Below, one piece after another: positions 13,106-24,976 of a stretch of 64,000 nucleotides of DNA. A model generated the notes under the pieces. The model saw only the letters and a list, made by a program, of their open reading frames with translations, was not told where the DNA came from and made no database searches. The stretch covers positions 59,086,001 to 59,150,000 of the forward strand of contig OX597816.1 in the NCBI GenBank assembly GCA_951406725.2. The letters run 5' to 3'. The stretch comes from Octopus vulgaris (lineage: Eukaryota). The position numbers and the translations under genes are program-made. Each line of letters starts with the position of its first letter. The stretch's first letter is position 1.

Positions 13106-13822
13106 CAGTGGTTCTTAACCTGAGCTGTCGTGCTCTAATTGGGGCATTGAGAGCACACAAGGGGGGCAACATATGTCAAGTGGGTTACTGAATATTTCAG
13201 TAGAGTTGTGATTTTGCTTTAGAGACAAAATATTTAAACTAGTTACAATGCTGATATTTCAAACACATTTTCAAAAAACATCTATTATGATTAGAATATC
13301 AATTGAACATTGTATTTGTCAGAGAGCCAAAACATTGATTGGTGATGTGCCAAGGTCCGGTAAAATTTCATTAAATAAATCTCCACTTTCTTCAGTAATT
13401 TCCATAAACATTCAACATATGTCATTAGTCCATGGAAATATCTAAAATGAAATAATGCTAGATAGAATAATGTCAAGAAAAGTGCTGCACAAAATTAGCT
13501 TCTGTTTAACTAAAGTAATTGCTGGGTCCTTCCTTCTTCACTCCAAGCTTGAGAAGAAGACTTTTGTAAATGCCATTTGGTGAAAGTGGGTGCTGGGCAG
13601 AGGCATATATTCCAGGTGTTCTAGGTGTGCACTGCACACCCATCGAAAATGGCAAATTCATTATAAATATTAACCTTACTCATTAATTTAATCACAAATC
13701 TTAATGGGAAACTTTTGTTATACCCCTATTTGCAATTTAGTGGCATTGGGGGTGGCAGCATACCCAATACAACAACCACCATATGCCACTGGTACTGGGA
13801 AACAAATGGGTGAGAACCACTG
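13106..13822. mobile_element. hAT (Charlie-like) non-autonomous element
   Basis: TIRs CAGTGGTTCTTAACC / GGTGAGAACCACTG; degenerate 8-bp flanks gcataaag / ttacaaag. Confidence 0.7.
13598..13791. mobile_element. hAT-type MITE nested inside the previous element
   Basis: TIRs CAGAGGCATAT / ATATGCCACTG with 8-bp TSD gtgctggg / gtactggg. Confidence 0.7.
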
Positions 13823-15351
13823 TTACAAAGCCACCAGAGTAGTGCACAGCAACAGTTCTCATACAGCTGGCAAAAAATGCACTATTAAACTTTTTTTTTA
13901 CCTTTGTATTGCTTGTTAATGCTGAAAGTTTCTTGATTGAATATTTAGATAATTAACTGAAACAGTGTTTCTGTTCCCTCTTTATCTTAAATCATTAAAC
14001 AATTGACAATTGTGAATTAATACTACTGATATTCCATGATTGTGAATCATAAAGTAAATAACTGTTTTACTTTTTAACCATTGTCACTGGAACTGCTCTA
14101 AATCTTTCATCTTTTACTTGTTTCAGTCATTGGACTGTGACTGTGCTGGGACACTGCATTGACATGTTTAGTTGATCAAATCAGCCATATTACTCATGCA
14201 AAGTTTGGTACTTATTCTATAAGTCTCACTTTGCCAAACCACTAGGTTACAGTAACATAAACAAACCAACACCAGTTATCAAGTCAAGAGGGACTAAACA
14301 TAAAGGCATGCAGATGACAAGCTTCTTTACAGTTTCTACCCACAAAAATTTACTTTCAAGACATTGGCTGGCCTCAGACTATTGTAGAAGATACTTGTCC
14401 AAGGTGCTGCACAGTAGGACTGAACCTGAAACCATGTGGTCATACAGGCTAACAGATACTAAATATAATAAATATTCTGAAATCACACCCGAACTTATGA
14501 CAAAGAAAGAGGACACATTGAATAATAATGTCTTGGAAAGACTATGCCCCAAAACAAAATAGGATAGTCATGGCTGGAACACCTTCAGTCATAGATTTGC
14601 TTGATCAGAAATGACCTGACATTAAACAATAACAACTAATTTTAAAGTCACATATCATCATCATCATCATCACTTAACATCCGTTGTCCATGCTGGCATG
14701 GACAGTTTGATGGGAACTGGTAAGCTGGAGGGCTGCACTAGGTTCTGGTCTGATTTGGCATGGTGTCTATGGCTGAATGCCCTTCCTAATACCAACCACT
14801 CTGAGAGTGTAACGGGTGCTTTTTATGTGCCACCAACACAAGAATATTGTATATAGTGTATAAGTTGTATAAATTTGTATTAGAACTGTAATATTCTTAA
14901 TCAGAAATAACAGAAGTTGATATGTTGATGATAGCGTTGTAGGGGACAAAAAGAAGTCAATACATTGAAGTTTCAACAGTGGTACATTCTAGCTATTATC
15001 TACAATTCCATTATTTTCATATTTCATACAATCAAGTTGTTTTATTATCTGACTATGAATCAGTTATTGACAGTTCACAAATGGAAAATATAATTATATT
15101 ATTTCTTATAATGATATAATAATATATTTGTTATTATTTATACAAATCTGTTATTTGAGTGTAAAATTACTCCCACTGCAGTAGACGCAGTTCTGAGATA
15201 CATTAGAGAGAGAGAAAGAGAGAGACTATGATGAAGTGACAAGGTTCCAATCCAATGGAACAGTAATAAATGAAGACATGTAGTGATTAGGATTGCCTAC
15301 ATATGCTTTATAACAGGGATGATTGTCTTACTAATATCACTTTCAACTTTT

Positions 15352-15548
15352 AGCACAAGGCCAGCAAGTTTGGGGGTAAGTTGATTACATTGACCCCCAG
15401 TGCTCAACTGGTACTTATTTTATAACCCCCGAAAGGAATGAAAGGCAAAGTCAACTTCTGCGGCATTTGAACCCAGAACATACCGATGAATGAAATGCAG
15501 CTAATCATTTTGCCTGGCACACTAATGATTCTGCCAGCTCACTGCCTT
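15352..15548 (-). mobile_element. SINE, same family as 9165-9962
   Basis: gcacaaggccagcaag...ccccgaaaggaatgaaaggcaaagtcaac...ctgccagctcactgcctt. Confidence 0.8.
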
Positions 15549-15651
15549 TGAGTGTCTTACTAATAGCAAGTCAAGATTTTTAAGGGTAAGAGACGATCTG
15601 ATACATATCTTAGTTGATAGGGTCTCTGCCAGATATCCAGCCAATCACATA

Positions 15652-16512
15652 TGAGGCGGTATCTGATGGTTCCTGGACTAGTTATGTTTAATAAAAAATA
15701 ACTTATTTACCTCAGTTTTAACATCATTCCCTTTGAAATAATCACCTTGTGCAGCAATATACCGGTCCCAGTGTTTCTGCCACATTTAGAATCCAGCTTG
15801 AAAGTCATTTTCTGTAAGGGAGTCAAAGACCTTTTGCAATTTGTTCTGGATCTCAACAACAGTGTTAAAACAGCAACTTTTGAGCTGCATTTTCATCTTG
15901 AGGAAAAGATGGAAGTCTGCAGGTGCTAAACCAGGCCATGTTGTTTTTGGCAAAAAACTCACAAGTGAGGAAAGCTTGGTGAAGAATCCAATTCTTCATG
16001 CACTGTAAATCTGATCCCTTTCACTGAATGTCCACCCTCGAACACTTCAAAACGTTGCAGTAGAACTCCATTGACAATCTGGTCCTGGGGGGACGAATTC
16101 TTGATGTGCAATACATTTCTGCAGTTGATGCTCATGGCAAGTCTTCCAGATTGCTCATTGTCTTCCAGGTTCGTTCTTCCACCTTTAAAGTGTCTGTGCT
16201 ACTTGAAACATTGTGTACAATCCATTGTGTAAGCTTGCCAAAGCATGCTCAATGTCTCTGTTGAAGACTTCCCAATTTTAACACAAAATTTCACATTGGC
16301 TGCTTGTTCCTGTCCATGACAAAAATCGCAGACTACAGCATACATGTGATCATAAAAACAAAATTTTCACAACTTGTGAAATAAACACAGTGCTGTCACT
16401 TGGCACACTGCCTCATGGAGGTCACTGCTAGCTCTCACTGGGCACACAATCATGGGCTGCCAGCTGTTGGTACGCTACAGAGCTAGTCTAGGAATTTTTT
16501 GATACCACCTCA
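15652..16512 (-). mobile_element. Internally deleted mariner element
   Basis: TA-flanked ~30-bp TIRs TGAGGCGGTATCTGATGGTTCCTGGACTAG / CTAGTCTAGGAATTTTTTGATACCACCTCA; decayed transposase-like interior. Confidence 0.75.
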
Positions 16513-17224
16513 TAGACAGTATTTGTCACACAGTATTGTCTACCATTTATACAGGTGACCACTGAGGTAGGCAAGCAACCATTGACATATTCAGGAATAG
16601 ACATGTAGCCACTGAGACAAGTAACTACTGAAGTATATAATGGTTGATGATAATATTCCCAAAGTTTCCCTCCCAATCATTTGACAGAACATGTGCAAAA
16701 CTTCAGTGATAGTTGATATTTTAAGATTGATATTTTCCCTTTTGTTGATCAGACATGTCAATATGGTTGTTTAGCTATAAGATGGATTTTTGTTTTTGCA
16801 TGCAGTTGGTTTCCTCACAAAAAGTTATCCCACCTACATTTGTAAGTCAATGTAAATAATTGCTGTTATTTGGTTCACTATTTTGATTTTCACTAAATTT
16901 CTCTGCATTGTTTGAAATGAAAGAAAAAAAGCTGTCCAGTTGACGAGAATAAGAAAATGGTATGGTTCAAAAGCAAACCCTGTCCTTTCATTTAATATTA
17001 ATCATTCATTTCACTCAAAATTAACAAATAACAAATTCAATCAAAAGAAAATATACTTTAACAAATTTTTTTTGGCAGGATTTTAACTATCTCTGACTGT
17101 ATTATCATTTTCCAAATGAATCAAATAAATGCCATCATATTAATTTTTGACAAATATATAACAAAGACACTTACTTAAAATGAAGGAAATATAACAAAAA
17201 AATAAACAAAACATCTCTTTTCAG

Positions 17225-17266
17225 AAACCTCTTTGAAAGAACATAAAAGTACAGCCTCAAATACAC
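17225..17266 (+). CDS. Candidate 42-nt phase 1-1 exon (xTSLKEHKSTASNT)
   Basis: tctcttttcag|...|gtaagt; open only in phase 1 and joins in frame to 18279. Confidence 0.55.
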
Positions 17267-17803
17267 GTAAGTAGATTCCAAATTGAATTCTTTTTCTTTT
17301 TTTTTTTAGTGCAGATGGTTAAGATACATCACTTTAAATAAGCTCAGTAATCCAAGCTGTGGAGAAGCTCTCACTTTGTAAAGTGTGTGTAAGCAATAAG
17401 AACAACAGTCTAACTATCAAACATTTCATTAATTTGTTGTATTTGGATCAAGAACTAATGTGGGTATGGCCTTGACAAGGATCACTTATGCACAGTTACA
17501 CTACATAAAATGAAGTTTCCAATGGCCCATTAACATAGTAATTAGAGACAGAACTATATTAGAATTAACTAATTATTTTTACAAACTAGAGTTTGATCTT
17601 CAGTAGTTTTAAGTATGAATTTGTCTGAATTGAAATGTTTACATAAATTTAATCAATATTTTCATCTGAAGACTGAACAACTACATCATTCAAAATAATA
17701 TATTTGTGATTGTAAAGTTGAATAATTATATGTACAATGACTTGGTCACATTATCAGTAGCCTTTCAAGAATACTGGATTTCAGATACTAAGAACAATAA
17801 TTT

Positions 17804-18127
17804 TGTACATTATTTACATTTGACGGATATTTGTCCTCATCTTGTTTGTTGTTAACACAGCGTTTAGGCTGATATACCCACCAGCCTTCATCAGGTGTCT
17901 TGGGGAAATTTCGAATCTGAGTTCTCATTCCTAAGGTATTTTTTGATGTTGTTGTTATTATTATTATTCAGGTCACTGCCTGGAATCTTAGGAATAAGAA
18001 CCCAGGTTCAAAATTTCCTCAAGACACCTGATGAAGGCTGGAGGGTATATCAGCTGAAACGTTGTGTTAACAACAAACAAGATGAGGGCAAATATCCGTC
18101 AATTGGAAATAATGTAAATAATGTACA
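17804..18127. mobile_element. Palindromic Penelope-like pLTR-derived element (~130-bp inverted arms) with hammerhead-like cores
   Basis: Arm 17804-17935 is the reverse complement of 17987-18127 with few mismatches; CTGATGA-stem-GAAAC at 18028-18060. Confidence 0.75.
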
Positions 18128-18278
18128 TAATTCCTCATCTCTTAAATATAGAACTGAATAATTTTGTACTTTAGTAGAATAATAATTGCAGCATCATTTC
18201 TTGTACTTAAAAATCTATTTGTTCCCAGTTTCAAAACCAATTCATTCTTATATTTTTGTTTCACTTTCTTCATTACAG

Positions 18279-19141
18279 AGAACAGCAGTAAATCAATGTT
18301 TGTGGTCTTTGACGATCTAAATAAGTCTGAAACTGATTCTAACACTGGCACTTCAAGAACCAATGAGTGTTTGGGTCCCAAACCACCAGTGTTTGTTGTA
18401 CCCACCCAAATAATTGAAGATGGTAGCCCAAAACACTCATGTAGTAACAGTAGTTCCCAGCCTGGGGATCATTCTCAACAAAAGCTTAATTTTAAACCAT
18501 CTCTCCACGCACCAATTCCAAATACTACTGAAGATGTGACTGCAGATCCATTTAATTCTTTACCTGAATCCACTAGAAGGAAACAAACGCCACTTTCCCC
18601 AGTTCAAAATATTTCTCCTTTGGATATCTCCGGAAGTAAACCCCCTTCAGATGTTCCTAAGCAGCAGACTTTAGGAAAACCATCTTCAAAAACATCTTCT
18701 GTTGATCCATCTTCCATTGACCAACATAGGAAGCAAAGTACATCATCTACAATGGCAACTGAACTAGAATGCAAAGATGGGAACTTAGACAAAGCAGAAA
18801 ATCTGCAAAATGAAATTCCTCCAGCAATTAAAACCAGTCGAAGAAGTCCAACTGACAAAGATGAAATAACTGAACCAAAATCACCCTATCAAATAAACTC
18901 TGCTTATGTGGAATCTCAAAATAGACCAGCTGCAATTATTTTACCACCTATTAATGTAAATTCCAGCAAAAAAAGTGGCCAAACAACCAACTACATTGCC
19001 TTGAAATCTCCTCGACAAAGAAGCCCTGTGGGTTCAGAAAATATATTTTCTGGTGTTGATAATAATGAACGCAGAAAAAGTTTCATAGAAGATAAAATGT
19101 TTGATTCGCCAACTCAGAAAGACCCTGGAGCTCCGAGATAA
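18279..19141 (+). CDS. Terminal coding exon of an unidentified gene; S/T/P/K-rich, probably disordered C-terminus (~287 aa)
   Basis: Lies within ORF 18164-19141; long pyrimidine tract and cattacag| acceptor at 18278; TAA stop at 19139-19141; 860 nt without stops in AT-rich DNA. Confidence 0.75.
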
Positions 19142-21642
19142 TGTATTACATCAGAAAATATCATTGAAATATTCAGATATCATCTTTACTAAAAATAACT
19201 TTTTTTAAGAATTTTTAGTTTAGGAAAATAACACATCAGATAATTAATAAGTGACAATTTTGTAAATAAGATATATTTTTCTCTTAAGAAATGATGTACC
19301 TTTATTGTTCTTCCAGATATGTTAATTCAAAAAGGTACTTGAAAAAGGGTTTAATCTTTACTATGCCACCTACAGTACACATGGTACGATCAAAGTATTT
19401 CTGTTTTTATAAATATCAATATTGCATCTAGAGATAAATAGGTGCTTTGTCAGTAAAAAATGTACAAGAATATAAAGAATACTTAAATGAATTTCATACT
19501 GCAAGCAGTGGTTATTTTGTGTCTCATAAAATGAAGTAGTAGAATAGTCAGATAAAATTTTTTATAGGATATAGTTATATCTCTGTTTCTGAGATCAAAT
19601 TCCAACAGGATTAACACACCACCACTGTTAATTAAATAAGTGCTAGTGTAGTCATAACACTAGGTTAATTAAAAATCAACAATACCCCACTAGTTTCCAA
19701 AACTACTTGTGACCTTGTGCTAAAAATTAAGTTAATTACAATAAGATGTGGTCTTGGATCTATGTAAGAAATTATTTTGGCAACAATAAAAGACCTATTT
19801 TATACATACAAATAAGTCTATAATCAACCAAATTAATTATTCTAACAAATCAACATGTTAAGGAGTAAAATAATTGCGCAATATTTAAATGATTGGTTAT
19901 TCCAAGATTTGATTGCTGTTTTGGTTAACAGCACATAAGATTTGAACTTAGCATTGGAAACAGAAGACTCTTTCATCAATAGTGCTTCTATTTCTTACAA
20001 TATCACACTGTAACCCCTGACAATATCCATTTACAGCTATTGAAGTTTGTTTCTATCAAGAACATAGCACATTGCCAGTGCTGAGAAATGAACTGTTGAC
20101 CTCCCTATCACCAGGCCAGAACCTTAAACACTTGGTCAGCTCCTTCAATCATAAAATAACTATAGGAATACTATTTTCTCCAATTCAACACAATTCTCCT
20201 TTGGATATCTCTGGAAGTTTCCTCCAGATATTCCTAGTAAACAGATATTAGAAAAAACACCTTTTAATCTTAATACTAATAGACAATTGTAGATTTAATT
20301 AAATGTGCGGCTTCATAAAATAATTGTATCAAAGCATTTTTTTCTCTGATCCTAAACATTTTTTTGTTTTCTCTTTGTTAAGAAAAAGCACATTCCCACC
20401 TTCTCGCTTTTCATTTAATATTTTCTTTTATAATGATAAAAAAGTATTTGTATGTTGTCTTAATTCCTATGATTTATTCTCAACTCTATCGTTCAGAATC
20501 TTATGTCCTAACATGAAAGTTTGTATTATTCCTATATTTTGTATATATTTACTATTGCCAAAGTGGTTACAGATATTTTGATAATTGAAAGGTTATTTGG
20601 AAAATGAATCGTTTTTATATTTAGTCACATCTTTTTCTGGTATGTAAAAAATTCTCATGTTATTTAGATTTGTTAATGATGGGTGAGTTATCATGTATTG
20701 TGTAACTCCGGAAGATCAGTTTAGTTTTATTTAGTTTGGTGCCTAATCTTTCAGAGTGTCAGTCTCCTCCTCCCCAGGGTCACCTTTGCTATTCACTTTT
20801 CTGGGGATGATAAAATACAGTAAAATACTGATAATGATTCCATAACAATATTGATATTGTACCTAATTAAAAGGGATCAGTATTTAGAAGTATAACTTGA
20901 CATGTTTAATAAGTCTTAATTGAATATTTTCTCATTATTATCATGCCATTTACACCTACCAAGAAATTATACTTTGTCATTAATATGATGTGCATTTTAG
21001 AATCATTTATTAAATATTCATCAGTACAGTTTCTTATAAGATATACCAAATCCCTTTGAAAAGCCATGTTATTAATCAATTTATCTCTTGCATAGAATAT
21101 GCTTCTAGTTATCAGGATTTCATTGAGTTACCTATATAAAATTCATAATAAATTTTTAAGAAACTTTTTATCTACGTTGTGATAGAATCAGAAAAGATTA
21201 AATTTTCAGATGTGTGAATTCTGTGATCATAAACAAATTTCACTTTAATAAATTTGTTTACCTTTTCTTTTGAAACTGTTTACGTTGAATAAATGTTATT
21301 CTTACCCATATTTCTTTGCACTTATTTTTCCTCGCATATGTACTTTATATAAACTAAATTCTTTCTCAAAAGAAATATGAGTTTTCAAGCAATTTTATGC
21401 CAGTGACAGATCCAGTAAAAATTAACAAAATAAGAATTGATATTTCTAAGTAAAGATTGGTTTAAGGTAATATAGATTAGAATTAATATAAAATTATGCT
21501 AGAATACCAAATTGTTTAATACTCTTTAAGTAGGAAATATTAAAAATTAGATATATAGAAAAGGCCTGCAGGAAAGTCCAAGCCAACAATGCATTGAACA
21601 TCTGCTTTTATCCTCTAGAGCTGACAAAAACTATTTAGCGTA

Positions 21643-21836
21643 CTGTATTTTCCAGTATACAAGTTGACATAGTATACAGTATAAACATTCAAACATAGTC
21701 ACCATTTTTCCAAGTCCTATTGCATTTCAAGTGGAATTTTTGGTCCTCCAAATTTGTCTTGGTGTATAAGTCAACTTACCTATTTTGGCTGTAAATTTTG
21801 GTCTGAAAAATTTAACTTGTATGCCAGAAAATATTG
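21643..21836. mobile_element. Tc1/mariner-superfamily MITE
   Basis: TA-flanked TIRs CTGTATTTTCCAGTATACAAGTT / AACTTGTATGCCAGAAAATATTG. Confidence 0.6.
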
Positions 21837-21929
21837 TACGATGATATCTAAGTGACTTATTTTCCAATAAAAATTGGTTTTGAGTAAAGTGTAAAAAGAC
21901 AAAAAAAGGAAAAGAAAAATTTCAAGTAA

Positions 21930-23415
21930 TCTATGTTATATATTAAAAGGCAAGTTGTCTGTCTCTGTATGTGTTGTGTGAACCACTTCTACTCCTACAA
22001 TTTTCAACTGAATTTCACTAAATTTGACATGTGAGCTCTCTTTGACTTAAGACGTTTTTTCTTATAATTTTTTCCTCGAAATTCTGCACCCCTAACAAAG
22101 ATAGACTACTCTCAATTCACCTATGATTTGGCTTGAGCCAGCAAAAAAACATGACACACACTCAGCTGGAAAAAAATCAATATTTTACTTTCTCAGCTGT
22201 GGCAAGCTCTTATCGACTGCTTGCACAGTACTGCCAGCAGTATTCATTTGTGAGTTACGATTTGCCTCTGTTTTCATGTGAGCACTCTTTTTCAAATAAT
22301 TATTCTGACTTGAACTTGCCACTTCGAAACTCTTACCCAAAATTAAAAATCTTTAATTCAGTCTGTTTGATTAACATTTTTGCCAACTACGTTTTACTAT
22401 TTTTTGGGTGCTTTTTCCTTAGGACTTTTACTATTGCATAAACTGATAATTTTCCACCATGCCTCAATGCAAAAGATCCAATATAGGTCAGCAAACAAAT
22501 GCTGCAAAGAAAAGTAAACATATGCGTGCAAATGAATCTGTTGAGGATGCTGCCAGGAGGAATTCTCTCAATGCACTTAGGATGGCTTCAGCACAATGAA
22601 GGGAAAGTGAAGAGCAGTGTTGTGATCGGTTAGCACATATTGCTGCGCAACAAGCTGCCCAGAACAATGAGCAACGTTCAGCAAACCGAACAAGAAATGC
22701 TTCCTCTACTACTGCTGCACAAGCTTCAGAGACTGCAGTACAATGAGCAGATTGACTTACAAGAGATGCTTCCTCAACTGCTGTTGCACGAGCTGCAGCA
22801 TAATGCACAGATCAACTTCCAAGAGATGCTGCGCTCGCTACAGAGACTACAGGGGAAAGTCAACAACGGATGTTGCTCTATGTGGCAAACAGGAAAACAT
22901 CAGGTAACCATACCCTTGTCACCTTATTTATTTCATTAGCATAATCTTCACAGTATGCTCTCTGTTAAGTGTCCCCAATTGTGAGGTAGGCAACAGATAC
23001 TACACTTTTCATCTTTTTTGCACAGGCCACATGTCAAATTTTTTCTTCAGATAATGTTGTATGTGCAACCCAGCGAAACAGCAGGTAAACATACTATTTC
23101 TCTTTGTCATACCTTTAGGCTCAACCTTTCCATTTGCTAAACAGCACATGTCAGCAGTTATGTGGTAAGGAAAATAAACTCAATTACTGCCGTTTTTTTT
23201 ACATATCGACCTACTGTCCCAATGGAAAACAATGACAATGGTGTGAGCATATGACTCTGCATGTTCACTATTGCACTAAATAAATCAACCAACACAGGGA
23301 ACATCTGCCATTATAATTTCTTTCATTCAGTTCAGAGGTACATCCGTGAATGGTCAAATAACCAATCAGGCATACTTAACAAACAGCCCAGGGCAACGCC
23401 AGGTATGCCCGCTAG
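21930..23415 (+). mobile_element. Non-autonomous Helitron
   Basis: 5' A|TC-TAT..ATATTAAAA start; 3' hairpin cccagggcaacgccaggt followed by CTAG|T at 23412-23416; decayed A/Q/R/E-rich repeats (SEEQCCDRLAHIAAQQA..NEQRSANR) at 22490-22880 resembling Helitron RepHel N-termini. Confidence 0.7.
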
Positions 23416-23690
23416 TACATATAAAGATGAGAATGTGTGTCTGTCTGTGTGAATCCCTAAAACTCGAGAACTACACAACCGATTTCATTCAAATTTTATA
23501 CATGCCTTACTTAGGGTCCATGTAGTGTCATGGGCCAAAAAAATTTTCAACTTCTTGCCTTATGCAAGCCCAGAGCAAGCTCTTATCTCTTCTACTATTT
23601 CAGTATTATGTGTCAAAAGTGAAACAATAACATCTCTATTGTAATGTAAGATACTTTCACTTTAATAGTTACACTATTATCTCACATATT
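23416..23690 (+). mobile_element. 5' portion of a second Helitron-like unit, head-to-tail with the first
   Basis: acatataaagatgagaatgtgtgtctgtctgtgtg...aaccgatttcattcaaattt parallels the 5' end at 21930-22030. Confidence 0.55.
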
Positions 23691-23744
23691 ACATACATAT
23701 ATATTGTGTATATATATATTTATACATCTGCACATATGTATATA

Positions 23745-24976
23745 TTGGGTTGTCCGGAAAGTTCATGCTGATTTTTAAAGGAAAGAAAAAGGTCAATAAA
23801 TAATTGCCATTACATATTTAATCAAGCAAATATGAACCATTTTGTTACACAAAGCATCTCCATCTTTCCTTTAACTTTAAAATGCCCTCTTCCCAGAAGT
23901 GAGGTGGTTTCATGGCAAAGAATCCATCAAGGTATCTTTTTACGTCATCCAAGGAATTGAAATTTTTACCATTAAGACTATTCTGCAGAGCCCTGAATAA
24001 GTGGAAATCCAAAGGGGCAATATCTGGTGAATATGGAGGGTGGGGTAAAACATCCCAGCCGAGCTGCAGCAATTTTTGTCTGGTTCCCAAAGAAACGTGC
24101 GGTCTTGCATTATTATGTTGGAAAACAACACCCTTCCTGTTGGCCAATTCTGGACGTTTCTCTTGAATTGCTTTTAACACGTCCAGTTGTGTGCAGTATT
24201 TCTCAGAATTGTCTGGTTACTTGAGAAGCTCATAGTACAGAATTCCTTTCCAATCCCACCAGACACAAAGCAAGACTTTTTTAGGGTGAAGACCCGCTTT
24301 TGGAGTGGCTAAGGGTGACTCATGTCGCTTACTTCAGGATTGCTTTCTCTGAACATTTCGGTAGAAAATCCATTTCTCATCTCCTGTCACAATTTGCTTT
24401 AAAAAAACGCACGTTTTCATTCTGTTTATAATGCAAATCACAGATGGAAATGTGATCCAAAAGGTTCTTCTCATTCAACTCATGTGGTACCTAAACATCG
24501 TAGTGATTTGTGTACCCAAGCTTCACCAGGTGCTCATGAACAATGGGTTTTGATAGGTTGAGGCTTTCTGCCAATTCTCGAGTTGTGCAATGTGGGTTAT
24601 TCTCAATTAATGACTTGATTTGGTCATCATCTGTAGTGGATGGTCTGCCTGATTGCTCTTTACCAATAAGGCTACAATCTCCAGCTCGGAACCTTGTGAA
24701 CCACTTCCGTACAATTCTTTCAGTTAAAGAAACATCACCGTAAACTGCGCATATTTCTTTGGTGGCTTGTGAGGCATTTTCCCTTATCTTCCATTTTAAA
24801 GGGTTACAGAATTAACACAGATTATAGGAACATAAACCTCCTTCCATGAAAAGATAGCTTAAACTGTGCTCTAAATGGAGGTGTAGTCAACTCCTATTTT
24901 ATGGACTCAACCATGTTCTAAAATAAGTCGAAAGGTAAGCTACTATAAATCGGCACAAACTTTCCGGACAACCCAA
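23745..24976 (-). mobile_element. Near full-length mariner transposon (DD34D), 1232 bp, defective transposase
   Basis: TA TSD on both sides; TIRs TTGGGTTGTCCGGAAAGTT..; minus-strand transposase with QHNNARPH, HPPYSPDIAPLDFHLF and RWVPHEL-type motifs, broken by frameshifts; inserted in (TA)n-rich DNA. Confidence 0.95.
23845..24180 (-). pseudogene. Mariner transposase C-terminal fragment
   Basis: ORF 23845-24180 contains the YSPDIAP..D motif. Confidence 0.9.

Noticed and set aside
22488-22939. Ala/Gln-rich ORFs on both strands
   Set aside because: Explained as decayed repeats inside the Helitron; the likely original frame contains stops.
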